Assembly (NCBI GenBank): GCA_965217865.1
Contig: CBDCJO010000001.1
Coordinates: forward strand, 480,001-544,000
Reading direction: 5' to 3'
DNA: 64,000 bases
Source: Candidatus Latescibacterota bacterium
GTDB taxonomy: Bacteria > Latescibacterota > UBA2968 > SICM01
Notes under the pieces: model-generated
Database searches by the model: none
What the model was told of the DNA's origin: nothing
What the model saw: only the letters and a program-made list of their open reading frames with translations
Part shown: positions 38,458 through 47,544 of the stretch, in pieces
How positions within the stretch are numbered: the first letter of the stretch is position 1
Layout: each line of letters starts with the position of its first letter
Translations under genes and position numbers: made by a program

Positions 38458-39483
38458 ATGGTCAGAGTCGGAATCGCCGGCATCGGATTCATGGGAATGA
38501 CCCACTACAAGGCGTTCCAGAAGGTGAAGGGCGGGAAGGTGACGGCGATCTTCACGAGAGATCCAAAAAAACTTTCGGGCGACTGGACCAAGATACAGGG
38601 AAACTTCGGCGATAGTGGAGGAATCCAGGATCTTTCAAAGGTGAAACGGTATGATCGGCTTGATGACATGATTTCCGACCAGGACCTGGATCTGATTGAT
38701 ATTTGCCTTCCCACTTATCTCCACACCCAGGTTGCCCTTAAGGTTCTGAGAAAAGGGGTGAACGCCTTCGTTGAAAAACCAATAGCCCTCAATGTCCGGG
38801 ATGCCAATCGGATGATCTCGGCCGCCCGAAAGGCGGGTCGACACCTTATGGTGGGACAGGTTCTCCGATTCTCTCCCGAGTTCGCCTTCCTCAAATACGC
38901 TTTGGAGAGCGGAAAATACGGAAAGCTCATGGGAGCACACTTCAAACGGGTTTGTTCAAAGCCGAACTGGTCTCGAGACAACTGGTTCGCAGACCTGGAT
39001 AAAACCGGCGGCGCTGGGCTCGACCTCCATATTCACGACACCGACTTCGTCCTCTACCTTCTCGGGATGCCGGATCGCGTCTTCTCCAACGGTACATTGG
39101 TGGCAGGTCATGTACAGTATCTGACGACGCATTACATCTATGACAGGGGAAATTTCAGCGTTACATCCGAGAGCGGATGCGTTACGCAATCTGCCTTGCC
39201 GTTCAAGCACGGCTATGAGGTCTACTTCGAAAAAGCCTCGTTCTGCTACGACTCGATGTATGAATCCCCCATCCTTCACCTTACCTCGAACGGGAGAAGG
39301 ACAACCCCCAGGCTCCGCACCCAAGACCTTTTCGTGGGGGAGCTCCAGCACACCGTGGACTGTATCCGGAAGGGCGTGAAATCCCCGATTATCTCAGGGG
39401 AATCCGCAAGGGATTCACTCCGGCTTTGTCAGATCGAGCTCGACGGGGTTCGGAAGAGAAGGATTCTCACCGTTAAAAAGTAG
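38458..39483 (+). CDS. Gfo/Idh/MocA family oxidoreductase
   Basis: GIAGIGFMG, EKP, GGAGLDLHIHD. Confidence 0.92.
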   Translation: MVRVGIAGIGFMGMTHYKAFQKVKGGKVTAIFTRDPKKLSGDWTKIQGNFGDSGGIQDLSKVKRYDRLDDMISDQDLDLIDICLPTYLHTQVALKVLRKGVNAFVEKPIALNVRDANRMISAARKAGRHLMVGQVLRFSPEFAFLKYALESGKYGKLMGAHFKRVCSKPNWSRDNWFADLDKTGGAGLDLHIHDTDFVLYLLGMPDRVFSNGTLVAGHVQYLTTHYIYDRGNFSVTSESGCVTQSALPFKHGYEVYFEKASFCYDSMYESPILHLTSNGRRTTPRLRTQDLFVGELQHTVDCIRKGVKSPIISGESARDSLRLCQIELDGVRKRRILTVKK

Positions 39484-39497
39484 GATTCAAAAGATCC

Positions 39498-40448
39498 ATG
39501 GACCTTGTCGTTTTTCCGGACATTCACGATCGATGGCTGCTGAAACTGGCGTACGCGTCCGCCAAGGTGGAGGTCCTGCGGGCGGGATCGGTGGAGGAGG
39601 CTGAGGACCTTATAGCCAACGCCGACGCCCTATACGGGCAGATGACGCCAAGACTCCTGAGCGCCGCCAAAAACCTCAAATGGGTTCAGGCCCCGTGCAT
39701 CGGCCTGGAAAATTACATTTTCCCCGAACTTGTGGATCACCCCTGCGTCCTCACGAACGTTCGCGGGATCTTCAGCGAGATCATCGCAGATCACGTCTTC
39801 GCGATGATCCTCTCGTTTGCCCGGGATTTCCATCGACATTTCCGCAACCAGCTGGAGGCCCACTGGCCTGATTCCAAGGACGATGGGTCTGTGATCCATC
39901 TTCCGGATCAAACCCTGGGAATCGTCGGCCTGGGAGGGATCGGGGAGGAGGTCGCCCGTCGTGCTGCCGTTTTCGGGATGAGGGTTATCGCCCTGGACCC
40001 CAACCCAAAAGGGAATACCGAAAACGTAGGGGAGGTATATCAACCGGATGGGTTTTTCGAATTCCTGGGAGAGTCCGACCTAGTTGTCATCTGCTCCCCT
40101 CAAACCCCGTCGACCATCGGGATGTTCGACGGTTCCGCATTTACCGCTATGAAACGCTCAGCGATATTGATCAACATCGGCAGAGGAAAGATCGTCCGGT
40201 TAGATGCCTTGACCTCTGCGCTGAGGGAAGGCCTAATCGCAGGCGCAGGACTTGATGTGTTCGAGGAGGAACCCCTGCCGGAAGATCACCCGCTCTGGAA
40301 GATGGCAAATGTCATCATCACACCCCACGTGGCAGGAATCGGCCCATACATCATGGAGCGCAGGATCGAAATTGTGGTGGAAAACATCAAACGTTTCGGC
40401 TCAAAAAAACCTTTAATTAACTTGGTGGACAAGAAAACCTGGTGTTGA
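39498..40448 (+). CDS. D-2-hydroxyacid dehydrogenase
   Basis: GIVGLGGIG, INIGRG, GAGLDVFEEEPLP, ITPHVAG. Confidence 0.93.
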   Translation: MDLVVFPDIHDRWLLKLAYASAKVEVLRAGSVEEAEDLIANADALYGQMTPRLLSAAKNLKWVQAPCIGLENYIFPELVDHPCVLTNVRGIFSEIIADHVFAMILSFARDFHRHFRNQLEAHWPDSKDDGSVIHLPDQTLGIVGLGGIGEEVARRAAVFGMRVIALDPNPKGNTENVGEVYQPDGFFEFLGESDLVVICSPQTPSTIGMFDGSAFTAMKRSAILINIGRGKIVRLDALTSALREGLIAGAGLDVFEEEPLPEDHPLWKMANVIITPHVAGIGPYIMERRIEIVVENIKRFGSKKPLINLVDKKTWC

Positions 40449-40493
40449 ACCTCTCCCCGAGAGTGCCGAAACGGTGAAGTCTGAGAGCCACTC

Positions 40494-40853
40494 ATGGCTA
40501 CGATTCTGATCGTTGATGATAACCAGGACATCCTGGATCTCCTGAGTCATTTTTTCGACTCCAAAGGCCACCGGGTTCTCACTGCCACGGATGCTGAAGA
40601 CGGTTTGAAAAAGGTGCGTGCCGAAAAGCCCGTCCTGATCCTGATGGATATCATGATGCCCCGTATCCACGGCGTCGAAGCACTGCGTCGGGTGAAGGCG
40701 ATCGACCCGGAGATTAAGGTCATCATGATCACCGCTGTGGACGATAAGGAGATCTCTAAAGAGGCCCTGGCCAGCGGCGAGACAGATTACGTCACAAAGC
40801 CGATCGACTTGCAGTATCTAGACACGGTCGTCACTTTTGCCCTGTTCGAATAA
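40494..40853 (+). CDS. single-domain response regulator
   Basis: IVDD, LMDIMMP, ITA, KP. Confidence 0.92.
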   Translation: MATILIVDDNQDILDLLSHFFDSKGHRVLTATDAEDGLKKVRAEKPVLILMDIMMPRIHGVEALRRVKAIDPEIKVIMITAVDDKEISKEALASGETDYVTKPIDLQYLDTVVTFALFE

Positions 40854-40891
40854 CGACTGGATTTCCGGTTTCTTCAAGAATCGACATTCGG

Positions 40892-41386
40892 ATGCCGACT
40901 GCAGATTTAATCTTCGATGAGTTAAAACGATGGAACATCACTCAGGTTGTTGGTCTCCCCGACAACGGGTCCCGTCTCCTCTACGAGCGAATCCGGGGTG
41001 ATCACTCCATGGGGTTTATCTCCGTCTGCAGGGAGGGCGAAGCATTTGCGGTTGCATCCGGTCTCTACATCGGCGGTTGCAGGCCGAGCGTGATGGTGCA
41101 GAACACCGGCTTCCTGGAATCTGGAGACGGTTTCCGAGGTACGGCCTACAACATGGCCATCCCCCTTGTAACGTTCATCGGCTACCGCGGTTACAACAGC
41201 ATCTTTTCGGACTCACCCCGCGTCGACACCGCGGCTTCTTTCTTGGAGCCAACCTTAAAGGCCTGGGGCATGCCCTACTACAAGCTCGGGTCGGATACGG
41301 ACCTCCCCGTGATCTCCGAGGCATTCCTTCAAGCCCAGGAGGGATCCAGGCCTGTGGCCGTGTTGATCATTGGGGATTGCACATAA
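40892..41386 (+). CDS. comD: sulfopyruvate/phosphonopyruvate decarboxylase alpha-subunit-like (TPP enzyme N-domain)
   Basis: VGLPD, CREGEAFAVASG, VQNTG, GYRG. Confidence 0.75.
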   Translation: MPTADLIFDELKRWNITQVVGLPDNGSRLLYERIRGDHSMGFISVCREGEAFAVASGLYIGGCRPSVMVQNTGFLESGDGFRGTAYNMAIPLVTFIGYRGYNSIFSDSPRVDTAASFLEPTLKAWGMPYYKLGSDTDLPVISEAFLQAQEGSRPVAVLIIGDCT

Positions 41387-41982
41387 TGATGAATAAATAC
41401 GATTGCCTCAAGGCAATCGCCGCCAACCGAAGTGACGAGATCGTCGTGACCACCATGGGGGTTGCGCTTCCCTGGTCCGCTCTTTCCGATCACCCGCGGG
41501 ACTTCGCCTCCGTGGACAGTGGGATGGGACACGCTGCGGATTTCGGCCTGGGACTTGCACTGGCAAGACCGGATCTTAAGGTCCTCATACTCAACGGCGA
41601 TGGAAGCATGCTGATGAGTCTTGGGACCCTGGCGACCATCGTTGGCTCAGGTGCGCGTAACCTCATCCTCTTCGTCGTGGAAAACCGCACTTATGAGGTA
41701 ACTGGAAATCAACCCGTCCCCGGGGCAGGGGACATCTGTTTCGCACGAATGGCCGAAGCCTCGGGCTTCCCAAGGGTTTATGAATTTCGTGAACAGACTG
41801 ACCTTGAAAAGGGACTTCCGGAGGTATTGTCCGGCGAGGGACCTCTCTTCGTCACCCTCCGGGTGGAACCAGGCATGGAACCTCCCCCCATGCGTGAGAA
41901 GGAAAATCCCGCCCCCTACTTGAGGGATAGCGTGGCCGGATCGGCTCGCAGGCTTCGTACCGTCCTTGAACAGGGACCTTGA
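41386..41982 (+). CDS. comE: sulfopyruvate/phosphonopyruvate decarboxylase beta-subunit-like (TPP-binding domain)
   Basis: MGHA...LGLALARP, GDGSMLMSLG...N, TGNQP; TAATG overlap with the alpha gene. Confidence 0.75.
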   Translation: MMNKYDCLKAIAANRSDEIVVTTMGVALPWSALSDHPRDFASVDSGMGHAADFGLGLALARPDLKVLILNGDGSMLMSLGTLATIVGSGARNLILFVVENRTYEVTGNQPVPGAGDICFARMAEASGFPRVYEFREQTDLEKGLPEVLSGEGPLFVTLRVEPGMEPPPMREKENPAPYLRDSVAGSARRLRTVLEQGP

Positions 41983-42128
41983 AGATCGGCATATTCTTCC
42001 ACAATTTGTCCAAAAAGTTACGACGAAAAAGGGGCGATCCTTCGGATCGCCCCTTCGTTCAGGGGTTAAGATTGCGGCACAGACTTTGCTATTGTATGGA
42101 CCGATATTCCATAAAGGAGGAAACCTAT

Positions 42129-42755
42129 ATGCCTCAGACGGACGACTTACCCCCCCGACAAAAAGTTGCCATCCTGATGATCGCCCTAGGTCAGGATACG
42201 ACGGCCGAGATCTTGAAGTACCTGAACGATATCGAGATTGAAGGAATTACGCAGGCCATCGCAGAACTTAAGACGGTAACCTCACACCAAGAAGAACATG
42301 TCCTGCAGGAGTTCGAGCAGCTCCTGGCCACGGGAAGCTACATCGCCACGGGCGGGATCGAGTTTGCGAGAGGGGCCCTGGAGAGGGCGGTTGGCCCTCA
42401 CAGATCTCAAACCATCCTCGATCGCGTCAACAGCACAACCACCAACGGATTTTACCTCCTGCGCAACGTGCCGCCGAATCAGCTTGTCCCATTCATCTCC
42501 AAAGAGCACCCACAGACGATCGCCCTGATCCTTTCCCAGCTCGATCCCGGACAGGCCGCTGGGATTATCGGGATGCTCCCCGATGACATTCGCTCCGATG
42601 TGACCTACCGAATCGCCACGTTGGAACAGATCTCACCGCATGTCCTCAGGGACATCGAGCAAAGTCTGGCCCATGAACTCCAGGCGGTTTTGACCGGCCA
42701 AATCGAAGAGGCCGGCCAGATCTCCGTCTCCAAAACCCAAGAGGTTTTCATATAG
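42129..42755 (+). CDS. fliG: FliG homologue with in-frame loss of most of the C-terminal domain
   Basis: KVAILMIALG, GGIEFA, EHPQTIALILS; jumps from ...VLTGQI directly to the terminal EEAGQISV motif; 208 aa. Confidence 0.85.
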   Translation: MPQTDDLPPRQKVAILMIALGQDTTAEILKYLNDIEIEGITQAIAELKTVTSHQEEHVLQEFEQLLATGSYIATGGIEFARGALERAVGPHRSQTILDRVNSTTTNGFYLLRNVPPNQLVPFISKEHPQTIALILSQLDPGQAAGIIGMLPDDIRSDVTYRIATLEQISPHVLRDIEQSLAHELQAVLTGQIEEAGQISVSKTQEVFI

Positions 42756-42807
42756 GTTTCGATCGATCTTCGATCTATTTTCCCCTGCTTACCAAGGTCC
42801 TCCTTCC

Positions 42808-43560
42808 CTATGGTCCACGGTTCACCCCTTCGGTGATCCCCTCCGCCTCCAACTCGTAGTCATCGTAGTAAGCCACGCTGTTCCCCTTGATCGTTTTGAA
42901 CAGGATCTTTGCGCGCGCGGCAGTGCTGTCCCGTGTCATCATCCAGATACCCGAAGATCCGGGTTCATAATCCCATTCTATCTTCAACGTTCGGATGGGA
43001 AACGGGGGATTCGTCATCTCCCCCACCACCTTCACAGGACCGTAATTCCACGCAGAAATCCAAAGGTGGCCTTTGATCCGACGTACTTTGTCCCTCGCGG
43101 GATCGATCTTAAGCTTATAAGTGATATGCCCCCTGACCACATCGGTTCCGATCAGTCCTACCGTGTAATCGTACTTCCCCAGGGGAAATCCCATAAGGTT
43201 TTTTAGCGGGAAAGCGTTGGATGGATGCCCGATGTTGGTCCATTCCACCTTCCGATCGACAAGGGATGGGGGTCGATAGATGACGACTGCCTTTTCTCTT
43301 CTCTTATCCCCCTTCGATTCCTGGACCACCAGCTGGACGACGCTCAAGCTCCGGACGAACGCTCGGGCCCGTTCCTGGTATCGGTTGACCTCTGCCACAA
43401 TCCGGTCGACTTCTTGGGCACCGGCCCCCGCGTACGCGAACAGGATGAGAAAGCCGATGAGCCAGGCATTGCATTTCGACCGGCGAACGCATGTCATGTT
43501 TTCTTTTATCGTCATCACAGCAATCGGTAATTGAGGCTGGAGGTAAAACTCCTGGTCCAC
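42808..43560 (-). CDS. exported hypothetical protein (possibly LolA/LolB-like fold)
   Basis: Signal peptide ...AYAGAGA-Q; YKLKIDP...KGHLWI....YGPVK pattern; true start probably near 43515. Confidence 0.7.
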   Translation of the reverse strand: MDQEFYLQPQLPIAVMTIKENMTCVRRSKCNAWLIGFLILFAYAGAGAQEVDRIVAEVNRYQERARAFVRSLSVVQLVVQESKGDKRREKAVVIYRPPSLVDRKVEWTNIGHPSNAFPLKNLMGFPLGKYDYTVGLIGTDVVRGHITYKLKIDPARDKVRRIKGHLWISAWNYGPVKVVGEMTNPPFPIRTLKIEWDYEPGSSGIWMMTRDSTAARAKILFKTIKGNSVAYYDDYELEAEGITEGVNRGP

Positions 43561-44696
43561 GGAAGCCCTTCGCTCTTGTCCACCTGAACACCGACCACGA
43601 AGTTCGTTTTGTTCTCGAGGAAGAAGCTGAATAAGGCGCCAAAAGAAGTGCCCACCTTGCTCTGGCCTGTCTGATTTCTTTCCGCACGAAGAATGTCCTG
43701 AATTGAAATGTCGATGCGGTTGCTCACCTCATAGACAAAATCGCTGATGAGGCCCGCAGTATACACCCGCCCGAAACGCCGGGTGAACGGACTGTTCAAC
43801 TCCAGGCGCTGATTGAATTGAATCCGCCAGCCCAGGGGCAACGAATAGCGGTAGTCCGCCGAGGCAGATGGATCCCCCCGTGGAATCCCCCTGTGTGAAG
43901 CCGTCGTCTGAAAACTAACCCCGAAACTGAATTCCTTTCCGTAGAACCGGTTATTGACCCGCTCCTGAAAGAGGACTTCGTTGATTCGAAGGATGCCACC
44001 CGCCCCAATCCCTTTGGGGGCCACACCCGACCCCACGATCACCCGCTCCATCTCCTCAAACCACCACTTCTTGTAGGTGGACCCGTATCGCTCCTTGAAC
44101 TCACGCTCCTTTTCAATGACGTGGCCCAGTTCGATCAAGTCTTCTTTCGGCAGGTGGTCCGAGATCGCATCCTCCCGGATCAGAAATGCCTCTACCCGAA
44201 CCGCCCGGGCAAGCGACGTGGCGTCGATGAATCTGCCGTTCCCGGCACCAACAGTAACCCGTGTAGAGGGTTGGTCGAAGGCCTTGTCGTAATCGAAGTT
44301 GACATCCGAGAACGCAAAGATCGACGTCCCCCACAGGATATATTTCTTGCCCCTCAAGTCCACGTCCGAGGCATACTGCGACGTATCCCTTGAAGAACTG
44401 ACATCCCGGTTGAGCGCCCCGGACCCGATGGCATCCAGCGAATAGCCGAAGGAAAGGCCTTCCCTGAATCGTTTGTAGGTGAATGCGAGGCTCCCGCTTC
44501 TTCCCTTCAGGTCCCCCCCCTCGGCCGCGTAGTTGAAGCTGAAGTCAGCGCGGAGGTTCTGGACAGTGGTCACCGGAACCGTATAGTCCTTGATGTCGGC
44601 ATTCTGAGCCGATGATTCGTGGGATAGAATCAGGACTGAGAAAATCCACGCAAATTGGCGAAGGCCCATCACGGCTCCGATGCGATCTGGTTTCAC
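43515..44696 (-). CDS. putative outer-membrane beta-barrel protein
   Basis: Signal peptide, alternating amphipathic strands, C-terminal SLNYRLL. Confidence 0.7.
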   Translation of the reverse strand: MKPDRIGAVMGLRQFAWIFSVLILSHESSAQNADIKDYTVPVTTVQNLRADFSFNYAAEGGDLKGRSGSLAFTYKRFREGLSFGYSLDAIGSGALNRDVSSSRDTSQYASDVDLRGKKYILWGTSIFAFSDVNFDYDKAFDQPSTRVTVGAGNGRFIDATSLARAVRVEAFLIREDAISDHLPKEDLIELGHVIEKEREFKERYGSTYKKWWFEEMERVIVGSGVAPKGIGAGGILRINEVLFQERVNNRFYGKEFSFGVSFQTTASHRGIPRGDPSASADYRYSLPLGWRIQFNQRLELNSPFTRRFGRVYTAGLISDFVYEVSNRIDISIQDILRAERNQTGQSKVGTSFGALFSFFLENKTNFVVGVQVDKSEGLPWTRSFTSSLNYRLL

Positions 44697-44753
44697 AGAA
44701 GTTTTTCGGTATCCTTTGGAGGGCGGAACAGGGGGGAACCCACGGGGGGGTTA

Positions 44754-45863
44754 TTATCTGATCTTGAGAGTCGCCAGTCCAATGAGCGCAAGGAGGCCGG
44801 ATACAATCCAGAAGCGGATGACCATCTTTGTCTCACCAATCCCGCGATGCAGGAAGGTATAATGGACGGGGGCTCTGTAGAAGATGCGTCGTCCGATCCA
44901 ATTGATTCCGAGCTTTTCCTGAATGAGCACGGAGAAAGCTTGCAGCACGAAGATGCCACCCACAATCAGAAAGAGCACCTCGGATTTGAGTAGGACGCCA
45001 AGGGTGCCCAACGTACCCCCTAAAGCTTGCGAACCGGTGTCCCCCATGATGATTTCTGCGGGATAAGCGTTATACCAGAGGAAACCGACCCCGGCCCCGA
45101 AGATGGCGGCACAGACGATGGCTATTTCCCCGCTCCCGTAGAGGTAAAAGAAGTGGAGGTAGCTTGAGTATTTTGTGTTTCCGATCACGTAAGCGAACAC
45201 GCCGTAGACCACGGCGGCGAACGATACCGGGACAATCGCCAAGCCGTCCAGACCATCGGCGAAATTGACCGAGTTGGCAATCGCCACGATGGTCAGGGTG
45301 ATAAACGGAAGATAGACCCAGTAAAGGTCAACCACAGGTGTCTTTACCATCGGAACAAAAAGTTTTGTAGCCAATTCCGGTGGGATCGGAGAGAAAGAAG
45401 CATAGAGGCAAACCGTTCCCAGGGCAAGGCCGAAACCGGATTGAGCCAGAAGCTTTGACCGTTGCGAAAGTCCTCGGTCGCTGTCCTGCCGCCTGCTCTT
45501 GAGATAATCGTCGGCTGCCCCGATCCCTCCAAACCACACGAGGGCCGAACACAACAGGGGAATGAATGGATTGGCCAAATCGCACCAGAGAAGGATACCG
45601 GAGAGGATTGACAAAATAATGACGGCCCCTCCCATCGTCGGTGTCCCACTTTTTCCCTCGTTGGATAGCTGGCCATAATCCCGGATGACATCCCGCATCC
45701 CGGATCGATATAGAAATTCCACGATACGGCGGCCCAAAATCATCGTCAGCAAAAATGCGGTCAAGGCGGCGGCGATCGCCCGGAATGTCAAATAGTCAGC
45801 CAGCCTCAGAAACGAAAGCTCCGACAAGGATTCACGCAATACATCAAAAAGGTAGAACAGCAA
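44754..45863 (-). CDS. mraY: phospho-N-acetylmuramoyl-pentapeptide transferase homologue (divergent)
   Basis: YLTFRA, K.GTPTMGG, ADDYLK, NSVNFADGLDGLA, MGDTGS; APVHYTF in place of AP.HHH. Confidence 0.88.
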   Translation of the reverse strand: MLFYLFDVLRESLSELSFLRLADYLTFRAIAAALTAFLLTMILGRRIVEFLYRSGMRDVIRDYGQLSNEGKSGTPTMGGAVIILSILSGILLWCDLANPFIPLLCSALVWFGGIGAADDYLKSRRQDSDRGLSQRSKLLAQSGFGLALGTVCLYASFSPIPPELATKLFVPMVKTPVVDLYWVYLPFITLTIVAIANSVNFADGLDGLAIVPVSFAAVVYGVFAYVIGNTKYSSYLHFFYLYGSGEIAIVCAAIFGAGVGFLWYNAYPAEIIMGDTGSQALGGTLGTLGVLLKSEVLFLIVGGIFVLQAFSVLIQEKLGINWIGRRIFYRAPVHYTFLHRGIGETKMVIRFWIVSGLLALIGLATLKIR

Positions 45864-45869
45864 ATTCGA

Positions 45870-46805
45870 TCACCTCTGTTTGAGCCGAATCAGATCTTGG
45901 GTCAAGGTTCTTAGGTTGCCTCGAAGCGGAAAATGAGGGCTGAAGCTCGGACACGGAATGAAAAGCAAGTCCAGCGATTTTTCAACCAATTCCGCATCTC
46001 GGATCACGTCCCTTATGATCAGTTCGTGCACGGTCTGGAGAGCCGCTTCCCGTACACGCCAGTTGCGATGGCCAAACAGGTCCAGGATGGGTCTCACCGA
46101 AACCGTCCCCCCGACGTTCCCGAGGGCCAATGCAGCCTCCATGACCACCTCAAAGGACCTGTCCTTAAGGCAGGGGAGGAGGAACCCCTCGATCTCAGGA
46201 TCCGCTACCACCTGACCGGCCAGCTTGCGGATTGTAGTGGCTGCTGAAGACCTCACCTCATAGTAGGGATCTTTCAGAGCTGTGATGAGACCCGATTTGA
46301 TCTCCGGACGGAATAAGCCGAGATTACCGATCGTCTGAACGATGTTTCTCCTGATAAAACCCACCTGACGGAAATCCCCTCCGAAAATCCGGCGGATCAG
46401 ACGGTCGGGGGTCCGGTCGCGCAACATATCCAGGAGAACGGGCGTCATCTCACGATAACCGATCAACCCGACCAGTTTAACCCCCACATTCCGCACTCGC
46501 CAATCTTCGTCTTCGAGATATTCTCTGATCCTGGATCGGACCAGATCGATCTCCATTCCATCCGCCAGAGGCAGGTTTTTTCTCTCCGTCACAAAGGAAA
46601 GGAGTTGGAACGGAGAGTAACGACAAAGGTCTGTTTCACTTTCATGGTTTGAAGAGGCCAATATCTCCTCTTGGTTGGTCGATTGCCCTCCCGGACCTTT
46701 TATCACACGGGCTTGTCCCAATCCAGAAACTCCGGGATCGCGATGGAACTCCGCGACAAGGAATTTGGGAGCACGAAGGGAATAAGCCCTCCGGGTTCCC
46801 AACAT
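45870..46805 (-). CDS. HEAT-repeat protein
   Basis: EDEDWRVRN, DPYYEVRSSAA, DRSFEVVMEAALALG, NWRVREAAL; N-terminus uncertain. Confidence 0.8.
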   Translation of the reverse strand: MLGTRRAYSLRAPKFLVAEFHRDPGVSGLGQARVIKGPGGQSTNQEEILASSNHESETDLCRYSPFQLLSFVTERKNLPLADGMEIDLVRSRIREYLEDEDWRVRNVGVKLVGLIGYREMTPVLLDMLRDRTPDRLIRRIFGGDFRQVGFIRRNIVQTIGNLGLFRPEIKSGLITALKDPYYEVRSSAATTIRKLAGQVVADPEIEGFLLPCLKDRSFEVVMEAALALGNVGGTVSVRPILDLFGHRNWRVREAALQTVHELIIRDVIRDAELVEKSLDLLFIPCPSFSPHFPLRGNLRTLTQDLIRLKQR

Positions 46806-47525
46806 TTAAAAAATCAGAATGGCCCGGATACCGGGATGGACCGTTTTGAATATCGTTTGAGCATGGTCTGGGAGAACACCAAAAGACACGCGGATTCCTG
46901 GATATACAGCCTCCCAATTCAAACCCGCAGTGACATGGTCCCTCATCCCTCGAAGGGTTGCGAGCACCCGCGCTGTCACGGGCTTATCATTTTCACTGGA
47001 CCGGACTGAATCGACAGGGATAACGCGAACGACCAGCTCGTGATCGAAGAAAAGGTTGTAAAAGAACGGCGTGGGGTTTTTCGTTTTAGGAGAGAAAAAT
47101 AGGAGCGTATCCGCGGAAGATCGGGCTTGGGGGATGATGGGTTGCGGCGGAAGCCCGAGATCCTCCTTCTTCCTAGCTGTATGGGGACTCGAGGTGTTAC
47201 GGGGAGAATCCGACCATGCCTTGATATCCCCCTCTACGGTGATGTCCAACAGATCATAGGCCTGTAAATCCACCCCGCGAATCTTGAATCGGAGTTTCCG
47301 GGATCTCAGATCGATGATGGCGTATGCCGAATTAAGCTCGGCCAAGGCCAATTCAAGGCGCAACGACCGGTTGTCGTGTTCCAGGATCGCCTTTTCATGC
47401 GAGAGGGCGATGAACGATCTGCGCAGGTGATCCATTCCCAAATCCGATGGGGGCAAACCGCCCGCCGCCGAAGTGGCGCTGATCAAGGTCACCACGACGA
47501 CCGGAATCCATCTCCGGGTCATCAC
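46806..47525 (-). CDS. exported YkuD-like protein lacking the catalytic His/Cys motif
   Basis: YAIIDLRSRKL...G..L..Y first strands and DHAQTIFKTVHPG..AILIF terminus resemble L,D-transpeptidases; no Cys in the protein. Confidence 0.6.
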   Translation of the reverse strand: MMTRRWIPVVVVTLISATSAAGGLPPSDLGMDHLRRSFIALSHEKAILEHDNRSLRLELALAELNSAYAIIDLRSRKLRFKIRGVDLQAYDLLDITVEGDIKAWSDSPRNTSSPHTARKKEDLGLPPQPIIPQARSSADTLLFFSPKTKNPTPFFYNLFFDHELVVRVIPVDSVRSSENDKPVTARVLATLRGMRDHVTAGLNWEAVYPGIRVSFGVLPDHAQTIFKTVHPGIRAILIF

Positions 47526-47544
47526 GCCTCACCTCTCCGAGGTC

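Noticed and set aside
37970-38458. 162-aa minus-strand ORF
   Set aside because: No motifs; the opposite strand carries a methyltransferase remnant that explains the region better
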